NCBI GenBank assembly: GCA_964432675.1
Contig: CAYSOG010000006.1
Location: forward strand, 1,824-65,823
Reading direction: 5' to 3'
Length of the DNA stretch: 64,000 nt
DNA from: an uncultured Gammaproteobacteria bacterium
Lineage (GTDB): Bacteria > Patescibacteriota > Microgenomatia > CAYSOG01
Both the position numbers and the translations under genes were made by a program. Shown piece by piece: positions 41,229 to 50,972 of the stretch (its first letter is position 1; each line of letters begins with the position of its first letter). Below the pieces are notes generated by a model, which had not been told where the DNA came from, ran no database searches, and saw nothing but the letters and a program-made list of their open reading frames with translations.

Positions 41229-42140
41229 ATGACACCAGAAATAGCAGGAAGAATTGAACATATTGCGTTCCATCCGGTTAAGGGTGCTGCTGCGGTTGAA
41301 ACTTCAAGCGCGCGGCTAACGAAAGAAGGCATTGAAGGTGATCGGCAATTCATGGTTGTGCGGGCAGTACCAGACGAGCATGGTGTCTATAATTTCATAA
41401 CGCAACGAGACCGGCGCGATAACGCAGATAAACCACAAGGGCTGGCTGTACTATCCGTTATCAAACCTCAAATAGTAGACGGCCAAATGGTCCTAACCTG
41501 GGAAGGCCGGGATGCAATAGAAGTACCTCAAGACCGTAACGCAGGGCACGAAATATCCGTAAGAATTTGGGACGATGTGGTACAAGCAGTTGACCAAGGG
41601 AATAGGCTCGCCGAGTGGTTAAGTGACCATTTGCAACTGCAAACAAGGCTTGTAAAAGCTGCAGGTTCGTTCCGGCGCGATGCAAGGCAAAATTACGCGG
41701 TGAATGATAATACTGTACGATTTCAAGACGGCTATCCGGTCCATTGGTTTTATCAAGAATCAGTTGATGAGCTCTCAAAATTTGCGGAAGAACCAATTTC
41801 TTGGCGAACATTCAGGCCTAATTTAGTCGCAAGTGGCAGTCCAGCACAAACTGAGCATGTCATTTATTCTGGCGAGGTAGCCGGCATTCCATTCTTTGAT
41901 CCGAAGCCATGCGACCGGTGCCCTGTTACGAATGTCGACCAAGAAACCGGAGAGCTTAAAGTTGGTCGGGCCCTAAGGCATTTAGCGAAATATAAAAGGT
42001 GGCAAAAAAATACAGGTGAACAAGCCGTGATTTTTGGTGAGAATATGCTTCCTTTAAGTGAAGGCCAAATTAATGTCGGTGATGAAATTGTATTAATAGA
42101 GCGCAGATATCCTCCATTAAAATATGGTGCAAAACTCTAG
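41229..42140 (+). CDS. MOSC domain protein (YcbX-like)
   Basis: HPVKG, GDRQFMV, FQDGYP, FRPNLV, PCDRC, FGEN. Confidence 0.9.
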   Translation: MTPEIAGRIEHIAFHPVKGAAAVETSSARLTKEGIEGDRQFMVVRAVPDEHGVYNFITQRDRRDNADKPQGLAVLSVIKPQIVDGQMVLTWEGRDAIEVPQDRNAGHEISVRIWDDVVQAVDQGNRLAEWLSDHLQLQTRLVKAAGSFRRDARQNYAVNDNTVRFQDGYPVHWFYQESVDELSKFAEEPISWRTFRPNLVASGSPAQTEHVIYSGEVAGIPFFDPKPCDRCPVTNVDQETGELKVGRALRHLAKYKRWQKNTGEQAVIFGENMLPLSEGQINVGDEIVLIERRYPPLKYGAKL

Positions 42141-42173
42141 TCAATCAGCGTGATTTCGTTACACAAGAATGCG

Positions 42174-43256
42174 TTAGCGGAGGTTGTATATTTGGTCGGC
42201 GAGGGTGGTTAGTTCTTGGGTGCCTTGGAGGATATTAATCCAGGCTTGGGGAAAGACCATGCCATTTTTGGCGCCGGCAAGGGCACCGTAGATTGAAGCA
42301 GTGCTGTCGCAGTCACCGCCGAAGTTGATTGTACGGAGCATGCCTTCGACTGGATTTCCCCAATACTTTTGGAACATGAAAATAGTGAATGGATAATTTC
42401 GGGTCACTGCCCAACCGGTACCAAGTTCGCTGTACGCCTCTTCCTCTTCAGCATCACGATTAGCCAAAACCCAAGCTAGCCGGTCGGCCAGCAATACCTT
42501 TTTCCCCTGCTCTTTTGAATATTCGAAACGCTTAGCGACGTTAACGACACTATCCAAAAACTCATCTTTCTCTAAATTGTACAGCAATGCGTATATGGCA
42601 TGCGCTTGGACAACACCGCTTGCAACCGAGCGGCCGTCTAAGTGTGTCATCTGCCCTACTCGCTCGGCAAACGCCAATCCCTCCCGATAATTTCCCTTCG
42701 CATACATATATAACCCTAGAGGTGCCACCTTTAAAGCAGGCGCATTACCAGGGTTTCTTGATTCCACACCAGAATTTTCTGGTGGAATACCGCGCTTGAG
42801 GTTTTCAAAGCCTTCGATGGTTGTTCCACCAAAACTGCCCCAATCGCCGCCGGTTTGTGCAAGGTCTTTGCGCTGTTCGTACACAAAAAGACTATGTTTG
42901 GCGACATTTTGCAGATCTAAACCACGGCTTTCAATAATTGAACGTGCGGTGATAACCGATAACCAAGTATCATCGGTCCACTGCCCTTTTTCTAAATTCG
43001 TGGAAATATATGGAATACGGCCGTTTTCATCGGCCTCAAGAATATTGCCGGCAGTATCTCTTACAAAAAATGGCTTGATCGGCTCGGTGATTGCGCCAAC
43101 ATGTCGGCGGATTTGTTCCCTATCCCAACCTTCAACCGGCATGCCCAAGGTGTCGCCGACTGCACCGCCGATCATTGTCGCGCGATAATGGCCTATCAGC
43201 TCTTTATCAACTAGCTCATTATTTGGGATAATATCTTTAGAACTTCTTTCGGCCAT
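42174..43256 (-). CDS. ADP-ribosylglycohydrolase (DraG/ARH family)
   Basis: GGAVGDTLGMPVE, GQWTDDT, GNAPALKVAP, MTH, GGDCDSTASIYGALAGA. Confidence 0.92.
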   Translation of the reverse strand: MAERSSKDIIPNNELVDKELIGHYRATMIGGAVGDTLGMPVEGWDREQIRRHVGAITEPIKPFFVRDTAGNILEADENGRIPYISTNLEKGQWTDDTWLSVITARSIIESRGLDLQNVAKHSLFVYEQRKDLAQTGGDWGSFGGTTIEGFENLKRGIPPENSGVESRNPGNAPALKVAPLGLYMYAKGNYREGLAFAERVGQMTHLDGRSVASGVVQAHAIYALLYNLEKDEFLDSVVNVAKRFEYSKEQGKKVLLADRLAWVLANRDAEEEEAYSELGTGWAVTRNYPFTIFMFQKYWGNPVEGMLRTINFGGDCDSTASIYGALAGAKNGMVFPQAWINILQGTQELTTLADQIYNLR

Positions 43257-43294
43257 AATTCCCTTTCGCCGCCATTGTACCAGATTTTTGCTAT

Positions 43295-43342
43295 AAAAAA
43301 AGCGCCACATTCAGTTCGCCAGCTGGCGAATGAACATGGCGC
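43295..43342 (-). terminator. Intrinsic terminator ending the 43.4-46.1 kb unit
   Basis: Minus strand GCGCCATGTTCA...TGAATGTGGCGC followed by T7; stem resembles the 40053 hairpin. Confidence 0.75.
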
Positions 43343-43381
43343 TCGTGATTTACCTAAGGAATGAATACATACCCTTACGTA

Positions 43382-43615
43382 TCATCCTTTTGGCTTTGCA
43401 ACACCTTGCAATTCCCCTTCTTCCATCTTGTGCAACCGGTCGAGGTGGAACCGTAAGGGGCCATCCTCTGTACTGACCAATGCCATATCGGTTCCGAGGA
43501 ACCGAAGTATTTTCCCCCGGTAATCTGGTACTGTCGGGATATATAGACTCCCCGTAAAAATTCCCACCTCTTCACCAATGGAAAACTGCTTGTCTTTGTA
43601 GGTACTTGTATCCAC
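43382..43615 (-). CDS. Small hypothetical protein, possible SH3-like fold
   Basis: FSIGEEVGI..YRGKILRF; GTG start with a purine-rich SD. Confidence 0.6.
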   Translation of the reverse strand: MDTSTYKDKQFSIGEEVGIFTGSLYIPTVPDYRGKILRFLGTDMALVSTEDGPLRFHLDRLHKMEEGELQGVAKPKG

Positions 43616-43663
43616 GCTACTTCTTTCCTATGCGCAATTAGCACTTTTGTGTTGTATAACTAC

Positions 43664-43984
43664 TTAACAGAAAAGTACATTGCGATCGTCGGTGATGATT
43701 GCCTTAATCTGCCGGTTAATTTCCGTTTTGCGTGCGGTACGCTCCGGTGTGTCATCTTCAGGATAGCATTCGATGTATGCCTTACCGTTCGCCACGTAGA
43801 ATTTGCCACCAAAACCAAAGTCGCCGATAAACCGGAATTCAATAGTCCCAGCCGGAGGTTCATCCGTAACATACTGGACAAACTGGGCCTTTATACTCTC
43901 GGACATTCCAGCCTCAGCGATAAGTAGCGTGGCTACTGCTTCCGCCTGTGCTTCGCTCAAATGGGTCAGATAGGTAAACTGCAA
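43664..43984 (-). CDS. Hypothetical protein
   Basis: 106 aa, EFRFIGDFGFGGKFY, TTG start with SD. Confidence 0.7.
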   Translation of the reverse strand: MQFTYLTHLSEAQAEAVATLLIAEAGMSESIKAQFVQYVTDEPPAGTIEFRFIGDFGFGGKFYVANGKAYIECYPEDDTPERTARKTEINRQIKAIITDDRNVLFC

Positions 43985-44008
43985 TGCGAGTGCCCCTTTC
44001 CCAAAACA

Positions 44009-44764
44009 CTACTTCGCGTTCCACAATGCAAGTTCAAGCGGTGAATTTTCATCACCTGGTTGCGTTTGCCGAAAGCGGAAGTAATTTTTGGTACCAGTTT
44101 TTGGGTTTTCAAGCAAGACCATATTTTGGCCAATCGGTAAAACCCAATCTTCGGTTATCTCGTTCTCACTGCCATACTTTCCCCTATACGTGTTATAGGT
44201 AACAGCCAAAGCAACGCCACTTGAGCCGTCGGACATCTTTTTCTGGCGCGCCGTTATACCGGTTTCTTCCCCAGTTGCGGAAACAACTCTTACGGCGTAT
44301 CCGTTCGTTGTTTTGGCAACATCTGGCGGCTTATTTTGGGCCGCAAAGCTTGTAATCGCTGCCTTATCGTTATTCAGCTGCCACCCTTTTATAGATACCG
44401 AACTTTGGGCGGTTAGCGTATGTTTGCTTTCATAGTCAGCAAGTTTCTTCGGGGTATCATTATCAGATGACAACGCCCAAGCGAATAAACCAATGAATAA
44501 GCTCATGACAAGAATTGCCATAACAGTAATACCGGCATACTTGCCAAACCCTTTCAGCAGTTGTATCCGCTGCTGCTTTTTTTGATCGGCTATTTCTGAC
44601 CTGCCCTGGGCGAACGATTTCTGTTCGGTTGCCAGCCGTAGGATAAAATCGGCTTCAACACCGTACACACCGTGTTCCTGTAATTTTATACTGGTACTCT
44701 CTAAGGCCTCAACTTCTTCTTTCGAAAGGCCACAGTCAGTGACGCTAGCAATGACTTGCTGCAC
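44009..44764 (-). CDS. Single-TM protein, paralog B
   Basis: Homologous to 44861-45637 (GWxLNNDKA, NKPPD, WVLP, TKNY, ALWNAK). Confidence 0.85.
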   Translation of the reverse strand: MQQVIASVTDCGLSKEEVEALESTSIKLQEHGVYGVEADFILRLATEQKSFAQGRSEIADQKKQQRIQLLKGFGKYAGITVMAILVMSLFIGLFAWALSSDNDTPKKLADYESKHTLTAQSSVSIKGWQLNNDKAAITSFAAQNKPPDVAKTTNGYAVRVVSATGEETGITARQKKMSDGSSGVALAVTYNTYRGKYGSENEITEDWVLPIGQNMVLLENPKTGTKNYFRFRQTQPGDENSPLELALWNAK

Positions 44765-44860
44765 TGCTTCCTCCTTTACACTCGTGTCGTGGCATGAAGC
44801 GATAAAGAAAGCACTCCATACTCTTTATTGTGAGCATGGAGTGCAATGGTAATTACCTCG

Positions 44861-45637
44861 TTACTTCGCGTTCCATAAGGCAATTTCAACAGGTGAATTG
44901 TCGTCACTGTTTGTATTGGTCCGCCGAACGCGCAGATAATTTTTGGTATGCGTGTATGGGTCTTCGACAACAACAGTGTCATGCCCTAATGGCAGCACCC
45001 ATTCTTCCTTTACCAAGGTGAAGGTATCGGTCGACGATGAAGTATATGGCTTTAGGCTTGTGACAACGATTAATTTAACGCCGTTACTGTTATCAGAGCG
45101 AGTGACGGTGTCAAAACGGATAAAGGTCAATGCCCCGGCAACGGTGTGGATATCCTCGTTTGTGCCAACAGTCTTGATCGAATCGGGCGGCTTATTTTCA
45201 GCACGGAATGTGGCAAGATCTGCCTTGTCATTATTAAGCCGCCAACCAGTTAGAGAAATAGTGCTGGTGTTCGTTAAAGTATGGCTTTGTTCGTAGTTGA
45301 GCCTATCATTATAGGTATTTCGGGCTTGCGCATCGGGTGATCCACAGTTACCCCACCAACTGGCCATTCCCCAGATACAAAGCAGGCCAATAACAACTAA
45401 CGGCGTTATCCAAGAAGCTTTTATAATGAGCTTATGGTTTCGTTCCCTTGACTCTTCAGCCCTCACCGACCGGTTTCGGGCATAGGGTTCTTGCTCTATG
45501 GCAAACTTTAAAGCCCAATCAGCTTCAACAGGCCGTACGCCAGCTCTCGCTAATTTCCGGTTTACACTCTTAAAGGCATTGACTTCTTCCGATGTCAAGC
45601 CAAAATCCGGATTAGGATTAGTTGCAAGCCTTGCCAT
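44861..45637 (-). CDS. Single-TM protein, paralog A
   Basis: Homologous to 44009-44764; AAGGAG SD; promoter TTGTGT-N17-TATAAT at 45710-45738. Confidence 0.85.
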   Translation of the reverse strand: MARLATNPNPDFGLTSEEVNAFKSVNRKLARAGVRPVEADWALKFAIEQEPYARNRSVRAEESRERNHKLIIKASWITPLVVIGLLCIWGMASWWGNCGSPDAQARNTYNDRLNYEQSHTLTNTSTISLTGWRLNNDKADLATFRAENKPPDSIKTVGTNEDIHTVAGALTFIRFDTVTRSDNSNGVKLIVVTSLKPYTSSSTDTFTLVKEEWVLPLGHDTVVVEDPYTHTKNYLRVRRTNTNSDDNSPVEIALWNAK

Positions 45638-45793
45638 GATGAAACTCCTTTACGGAATAGGATGTCAAAGTACTCCACCTAAGGTTGATAACCTTAAACG
45701 AATAGCTGCATTATAGAGCGAAAACACTCTGAACACAATACTATGAGGTAGTATCTAGCATGCGGGTTAATTCGTTTCGGAAGGCACACTCTT

Positions 45794-46075
45794 CTAAAAC
45801 CCTTGCAGTAAATCAACCAGGTCTTTAAGGTAGCCCCAGTATGGGTGCATACGATCGCCCATATTAAAGACAATCAGGTCCCCAAGTTCTGGTTGACGAG
45901 TAATAAGGCCCTTATCAAATGTCACCACCCCATTCAGGCTGGTAAATAAGTGGCCGTCATAGAAAAGAAATGGATGGTTTGTGCCATCTTGGCAGACCGC
46001 CATACCATAGCCAGCATACCCAGGATTACTGCCAGGTTGTATTTCGGAAACCTTAGCGACTAAGAGGCCAAACAT
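45794..46075 (-). CDS. Hypothetical protein, possible OB/cold-shock-like fold
   Basis: GYGMAVCQDG..FLFYDG..PELGDLIVF; GAGGAG SD. Confidence 0.6.
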   Translation of the reverse strand: MFGLLVAKVSEIQPGSNPGYAGYGMAVCQDGTNHPFLFYDGHLFTSLNGVVTFDKGLITRQPELGDLIVFNMGDRMHPYWGYLKDLVDLLQGF

Positions 46076-46257
46076 GCTTCACTCTCCTCAAGCATACACA
46101 AATTGTAAAAGTACGAAACTGCTTCAGACTTGCTGAACGGTCTTAATTATAGCAATAATTTGCCTTAATTACATCTATAGGCCTTATTTTCTAAGATTGG
46201 ACGAAAAAAGCGAAAATTAGTTGCATAATACCCATTTTTATCGCTATACTAAAAAAG

Positions 46258-46743
46258 ATGGTAAAAAAGGTTGTCCTTCTGGTAGCGGCATTGGCACTTA
46301 TAGCAGTAGCTTATTATGGTATAAAGCAAAGTAAATCGGTTTCAGCGCCGCAAATAATGCAAGTAACACCAGCATCCTCTTCGGTAGCCTCCACTTCTGC
46401 AAGCATTACTCCTTCCGCAAGCTCGAATGGCCTTGCCAATCCAGCTTCGGTAAACTGTGGCAACTTGGGTGGCAAACTGAGTATCCAAACCCGCGGTGAT
46501 GGCGGCCAATATGGCGTGTGTGATTTCGGCAGCGGGTATTCATGCGAAGAATGGGCATTATACCGCGGCGATTGTCCAAAGACCGGTGTTAAGACAACTG
46601 GCTTTGACACCAAGGCCCAAATTTATTGTGCCCAGGTTGGTGGCAAAACACTAGCGGTAGCAAACGCAACATGTACGTTTCCAAACGGTAAGTCATGTCC
46701 TGTGAACGACCTCTTCAATGGCAAGTGCCAAGCAACTCCATAA
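46258..46743 (+). CDS. DUF333 (putative hemolysin) domain surface protein
   Basis: GLANPASVNCGNLGG...GVC...CEEWALYRGDC plus a second Cys repeat. Confidence 0.88.
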   Translation: MVKKVVLLVAALALIAVAYYGIKQSKSVSAPQIMQVTPASSSVASTSASITPSASSNGLANPASVNCGNLGGKLSIQTRGDGGQYGVCDFGSGYSCEEWALYRGDCPKTGVKTTGFDTKAQIYCAQVGGKTLAVANATCTFPNGKSCPVNDLFNGKCQATP

Positions 46744-46898
46744 CATCTCATCGGATATTCCACTATCTCGAATAACAAAGCGCATTTTTATTCCGAAAAT
46801 TTTTCCAAAAAACACTAACCACTCATCACATCACCAAAAACTTGACACAGCAAGCAAAAACGGCATACAGTGAAAGCAGAGGAAGGAGGTGGATTTCT

Positions 46899-47093
46899 GT
46901 GCAAAGAACACTCGATCATGTAACCCGATGGGCACTTGTTATTGGCGGCCTACTTTGGGCGTATGAAGGTTTTACGAATACTGACCTTGTCATGCGCACG
47001 TTCGGCAGCGCCGAACAGGTTGTTGATATTATTGTTTTCGGCGGTTCGGCATTATATGTCGCCTACCGAATGGTTAGCCGAAAGAATGGCTAA
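46899..47093 (+). CDS. DUF378-like small membrane protein
   Basis: LVIGGLLW..GF...DLV...FG; GTG start after GGAGGT. Confidence 0.7.
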   Translation: MQRTLDHVTRWALVIGGLLWAYEGFTNTDLVMRTFGSAEQVVDIIVFGGSALYVAYRMVSRKNG

Positions 47094-47257
47094 GGTATCA
47101 TTTTATTAAACTACTCCGCTTACGCAGCAAGACAGGTATTATTATTCGATTGCTTGCAAAAAAGCGGAGTAGTTTTTTATTGGCAAAATTTCTCCACGAA
47201 AAAAGCAATAAAAAAACCCTGGCCACCGTTTTGTATGGTAACCAGGGCATATCATAA

Positions 47258-47557
47258 TCAGATCGCGGACGCTTCAGCTTCCTCTGAAAGGATCTTACTA
47301 TACGGATCACGTCGTAGGTCTATACACTCACACTCAGGATAATTAATTTGTTCTACGATCGTATCGCGTAGCCGAGTAAGTTGCTCATATTTCAAGGACA
47401 CTACTTCACCTCGAGGCTTGTGATACGAAATTTCTACAATTGAGCCGTCAATACAGTGAAGCTTCAGGTTGGTATTATCGACCGATTTTCCTAGCTCGAT
47501 ACGACAGCAAAGTGCTGTGTCGCCAAGTGGTGTGGTAATCCATACTGGACTTGCCAT
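47258..47557 (-). CDS. Hypothetical protein
   Basis: 99 aa, AGGAG SD. Confidence 0.6.
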   Translation of the reverse strand: MASPVWITTPLGDTALCCRIELGKSVDNTNLKLHCIDGSIVEISYHKPRGEVVSLKYEQLTRLRDTIVEQINYPECECIDLRRDPYSKILSEEAEASAI

Positions 47558-47661
47558 AGTTTCTATCTCCTGTCTCTTCTTTTCAGACTAACGAATATGC
47601 GATTAAGATACTACTGTCAGAAAAGCCTAAAGCTTTGTTAATGGATAAATTCTATAAAGTG

Positions 47662-48210
47662 CTAGATCCAGCCCTTTTTGTAGAAATAAAGCCTTGCTAA
47701 AATTTCATATACAATATTCCGCCAGTGGCCTCGAGTTTGCCAGTGCAGTGAGTTGGGATCGTATGGCACGCCAAAAGTATTGGCAGCGAATACTTCGCTA
47801 AATCCAAGCTTTTTCGTGGTCCAGACTGCCCGAACCATTTGGTCTGGATGCGCAACAATCAAGGCAGTATTCCACCCTCGGTAGCGACAAAGGCTTAATG
47901 CACGCTCTCCTATTTCATGGGTATTCGGTTCTTTGCGGGCAAACATCGATCTTCGTACATTTAACGAGACCTGCCGACGCAAGCCATATGGCAGACAATC
48001 AACAAGTTGCTCTTGCAAGATAAAAGGGATATTGTAGCCTTGGTGTAGCTCAACGGCAATTGCGGCCAACCGCTCGTTTGCTGGGCTTGAACCGTCTTTC
48101 CTTAAACCGCTCGCAAAGCCAATGATAACCTTTGCCCCAGCCTGCGTTGCTGTAAGGCTGGGCTTCATATGCCAGGTAAAAATACAGCGCCAGATCTTAA
48201 TTAGGTCCAA
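47662..48210 (-). CDS. YdcF/DUF218-like protein
   Basis: PANERLA, LQE, NTHEI, LIVAHPDQMVRA, YEILARL; TTG start after AAAGGGG. Confidence 0.55.
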   Translation of the reverse strand: MDLIKIWRCIFTWHMKPSLTATQAGAKVIIGFASGLRKDGSSPANERLAAIAVELHQGYNIPFILQEQLVDCLPYGLRRQVSLNVRRSMFARKEPNTHEIGERALSLCRYRGWNTALIVAHPDQMVRAVWTTKKLGFSEVFAANTFGVPYDPNSLHWQTRGHWRNIVYEILARLYFYKKGWI

Positions 48211-48235
48211 ACCGGCACCCCTTTGTTGAGGATTT

Positions 48236-48352
48236 TGTAAACGTGCCAAGATACTTGGAAATTGCTTTTCCTTTCAATACCCAAATATCTTTTGGATGGT
48301 GAAAGGAAAAGCGGAGGGCCAATTTAGGCCCTCCGCGATTAGATACTACAGA
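48236..48352 (-). repeat. Structured intergenic element, copy A
   Basis: CTGTAG(stop)..GCGGAGGGCC/GGCCCTCCGC, TTCCTTTCA...TGAAAGGAA, ..TTTCC, GCACGTTTACA. Confidence 0.75.
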
Positions 48353-48498
48353 TGCAGCGTTGCGGCAACACGGCCGGCAAAAAAACCGCAATGGTAGCCG
48401 ATTGAATAACCAAAGGCATGTGCCCGCTGATGGACGCGCAACCGAAAGGTTGGGTCGATAAGCTTTGCGGCAAAGTGCCTTACGATAGAGCTTCTCAT
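48346..48498 (-). CDS. 50-aa small protein not in the ORF track
   Basis: AAGGAG SD; MRSSIVRHFAAKLIDPTFRLRVHQRAHAFGYSIGYHCGFFAGRVAATLHL*. Confidence 0.55.
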   Translation of the reverse strand: MRSSIVRHFAAKLIDPTFRLRVHQRAHAFGYSIGYHCGFFAGRVAATLHL

Positions 48499-48528
48499 TG
48501 GCGTTTCTCCTTTACGCTTTTGCGAAAC

Positions 48529-48987
48529 TTATTCGGTAAGAGCAACCGCGGCGGCCGCAGGGCCACTACTCGGCCGATGCGGCACAGGCGAACCAAAAGG
48601 ACCGTCGCCACCATCATCGAGTCGAGTTGGCCCGCTTTCCCCCGGCGAATTTGGCGGAGCAGGAATTTGGTCGAACGCAATCTTCAATGCTACGGATATG
48701 CTAAACTCTTGCTCACACGCTTCACAGGTTGCCAGATGGGCATAAAAAGCCTGATAGTCATGTTCCCTACGATGGCTTCGACCGTCGGCAAAGATTTCTG
48801 TCATGGCTTCCATGAGCCAACGCGCCTGTTGGTGTGTTGCCGGCTGCCAATTAAATAGTTGGGCCTGCAATATTCGCCAGCGCCGAATACAAATGGGACA
48901 CTTTACAATATGGTCGTCGAGAAGTTCGATATTGTACCTTATGTGAAATTCCTGCTGAGGGCAAAAATCGAAACCTTGTCTTGCCAT
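48529..48987 (-). CDS. Protein with two HxxxCxxC (zf-HC2/ZAS-like) motifs
   Basis: DHIVKCPIC and AHLATCEAC; GGGAG SD; promoter TTGACC-N17-TATAAT at 49082-49110. Confidence 0.6.
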   Translation of the reverse strand: MARQGFDFCPQQEFHIRYNIELLDDHIVKCPICIRRWRILQAQLFNWQPATHQQARWLMEAMTEIFADGRSHRREHDYQAFYAHLATCEACEQEFSISVALKIAFDQIPAPPNSPGESGPTRLDDGGDGPFGSPVPHRPSSGPAAAAVALTE

Positions 48988-49187
48988 GGGCTTGTCTTCT
49001 CCCTGCTACTTGTCGCTGCTGTAGAAATTAAAGTGCTTATAGTACTAGCTCAACCTTTATTCGTAGGGTTAAACTATGGACATTATAACAGAGAGACACT
49101 CTTGGGTCAATAACTATAGGATGTAAAATCTTGCAATGCAACAGTTGTAGCCTGAAACATTGTAAAAGATAGATGGTAATTTTCCAT

Positions 49188-49224
49188 AGAAAAAGGGCGG
49201 TTGTCTTGTAAGACAACCGCCCTG
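49188..49224 (-). terminator. Intrinsic terminator
   Basis: GGGCGGTTGTCTT/AAGACAACCGCCC followed by T5. Confidence 0.8.
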
Positions 49225-49273
49225 GGTTGGTGTCCGCCATGGTGGCGAACGGGTTTCGTTGAACGGGCCGAGG

Positions 49274-50050
49274 CTATCCGCGACCGCCGCGCTGGCGGTT
49301 TCTGTACTCGGCGTCGCGAGCCGATCTCTCGGCTTGCTGCTGGCGCCGCTCCGGTGGCGCACCCCGGTGGTTGCGCGGGTCTGTGGCCCGGCAGTCTCGG
49401 AGATGCGTGGCCAGTAGCGGGAGCAGCCGGCGAATCTCGGCCTGCTTGGGCCTGCTCTTGGTGGCGCCGTCGATTTCCTCCTGGCTAAGCCAGGGAAACT
49501 CCGACTGCTCGATCTTCTCGACATTTCTGAGAAGGGCGAGCGCGCCAATCAGAAGCAGCTGCTGCGGCTTTCGCATGAGCCCCGCCTCCTCGGCGAGGTT
49601 CTCGAAATGCGGGAGATACGTATCCCGCTGGGCCGACATGCAGGCCAAGAAGAGCTGCCAAGCGGCCTCGCGCGCCGCGGCGTAATCCGGTTCGAGGTCG
49701 TCCAGGATCATATCCCGGATCCGCTCCAGTTCCGCCTTGAGTTCGACCCGGCGTGGCTCGGCGATCCCATCCCAGCCGGTAGCAAATTGCGCGGTCTGGA
49801 ACTGCCGCCGGGCGGCCTCGTCGATCGGGATCCGCGGCTGATGCTGCTGGTCGGTGCCGGACTGCTCGTCGGTAGCGCAACCGAGAGACTTGCTGGCCTC
49901 GCGGATGACCCGGTCGATGGTCCCCTCCACGGGGGTCTCGGTGACGGTCTGGTCGGCGGTCTCGACGACGGTCTGGTCGGCGGTCTCGACGACGGGCTTC
50001 TGGTCGGCGGTGGCTTCGGTGCTATCAACGGTCTTGGCGGTCTTGGTCAT
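49274..50050 (-). CDS. GC-rich helical hypothetical protein with N-terminal VVETADQT repeats
   Basis: Start MTKTAK with AGGAG SD; strong G/C third-position bias. Confidence 0.7.
   Translation of the reverse strand: MTKTAKTVDSTEATADQKPVVETADQTVVETADQTVTETPVEGTIDRVIREASKSLGCATDEQSGTDQQHQPRIPIDEAARRQFQTAQFATGWDGIAEPRRVELKAELERIRDMILDDLEPDYAAAREAAWQLFLACMSAQRDTYLPHFENLAEEAGLMRKPQQLLLIGALALLRNVEKIEQSEFPWLSQEEIDGATKSRPKQAEIRRLLPLLATHLRDCRATDPRNHRGAPPERRQQQAERSARDAEYRNRQRGGRG
49934..50008. repeat. 24-bp in-frame tandem repeat (about 3 units)
   Basis: GGTCTCG(GT/AC)GACGGTCTGGTCGGC x2 plus a 27-bp variant. Confidence 0.85.
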
Positions 50051-50197
50051 CTGGCCTTCTCCTGTACAATGAACCTGGCAACACGTGCTAAACGGTAGCA
50101 CACCGCGCCCAAAATGGGCGAAAGACTCTTGCCACAGTTTCATCCGGAGGCCCACGGGCCCGCCGAAAAAAACTAACAAGCCGATGACTGGGCGCCG

Positions 50198-50425
50198 TCA
50201 AAACGACGGCGCCTCCGACATGAACTCAAGGAACTTGCGGTCCGCTTCGGTAAGGACTGGGTCGACAAAAAGCCGACCATTGTCCTTTCCACAGCGGGGC
50301 AATGTCCCTCGGGTCGCCGGCGCCTCGGCCGCAGAAAGCCCACCTTCGTGGACCTTACCGCAGCTCAGGCAGGTTACGTCGAATTCCGTTGTGTTCGGAA
50401 TCACCGGTCTTGCCGCAACTACCAT
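50198..50425 (-). CDS. Small zinc-ribbon protein
   Basis: FDVTCLSCGK...PRCGKDNGR; AGGAGG SD; resembles 63506-63697. Confidence 0.7.
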   Translation of the reverse strand: MVVAARPVIPNTTEFDVTCLSCGKVHEGGLSAAEAPATRGTLPRCGKDNGRLFVDPVLTEADRKFLEFMSEAPSF

Positions 50426-50648
50426 GTATTCCTCCTAAAAACTAGCCTCTCCGCTGAGGCTTCCATTACAAGGACTTACCATTCGTAAATCCCGATAATA
50501 GAAACCTCACCGTTTTAGCGTTGCTTAAAGGAAGTATTGTTCAACGATAATAATAGTAATGTGCAAATGCTTTTGGGTTTTTACGCCCTCAAGCGTTTGT
50601 TTGCAATTTGCGGCAAAAATAATTCGCAAATCCAAACAATTGTTGTGA

Positions 50649-50677
50649 AGTATATCACACTACAGGCCTTTTGTCAA
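50649..50677 (-). promoter_or_regulatory. Sigma70-type promoter
   Basis: TTGACA-N17-TATACT with CCTATAG just upstream. Confidence 0.8.
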
Positions 50678-50890
50678 GTATCTATAGGTCATACTATATA
50701 AATGTATAACCCTGCATAGATGCTATACACGCCATGTGTACCAGGATCAATAAAAGACATATGCCCTACTTCGCCGGACTACTTATACCATATGTATATA
50801 TAACTATAAGTTATGTATAGGCATTGCCTAGACACAGATTTCTGCATATTGTCATCCTGGCTTAATTGCATTATTTATGTTAGATAAAGC

Positions 50891-50927
50891 CAATAAAAAA
50901 GGGCCGCGGTATTCATACCGCGGCCCA
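50891..50927 (-). terminator. Intrinsic terminator after the helicase
   Basis: GGGCCGCGGTATGAATACCGCGGCCC followed by T6. Confidence 0.8.
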
Positions 50928-50972
50928 AAAACCCTTGCAGTTTATATTGGTACTGCAAAAACGACAAATAGC

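Noticed and set aside
49114-50438. Many overlapping ORFs in several frames
   Set aside because: Expected from stop-codon scarcity in GC-rich DNA. Only 49274-50050 and 50198-50425 have an SD and plausible codon bias.
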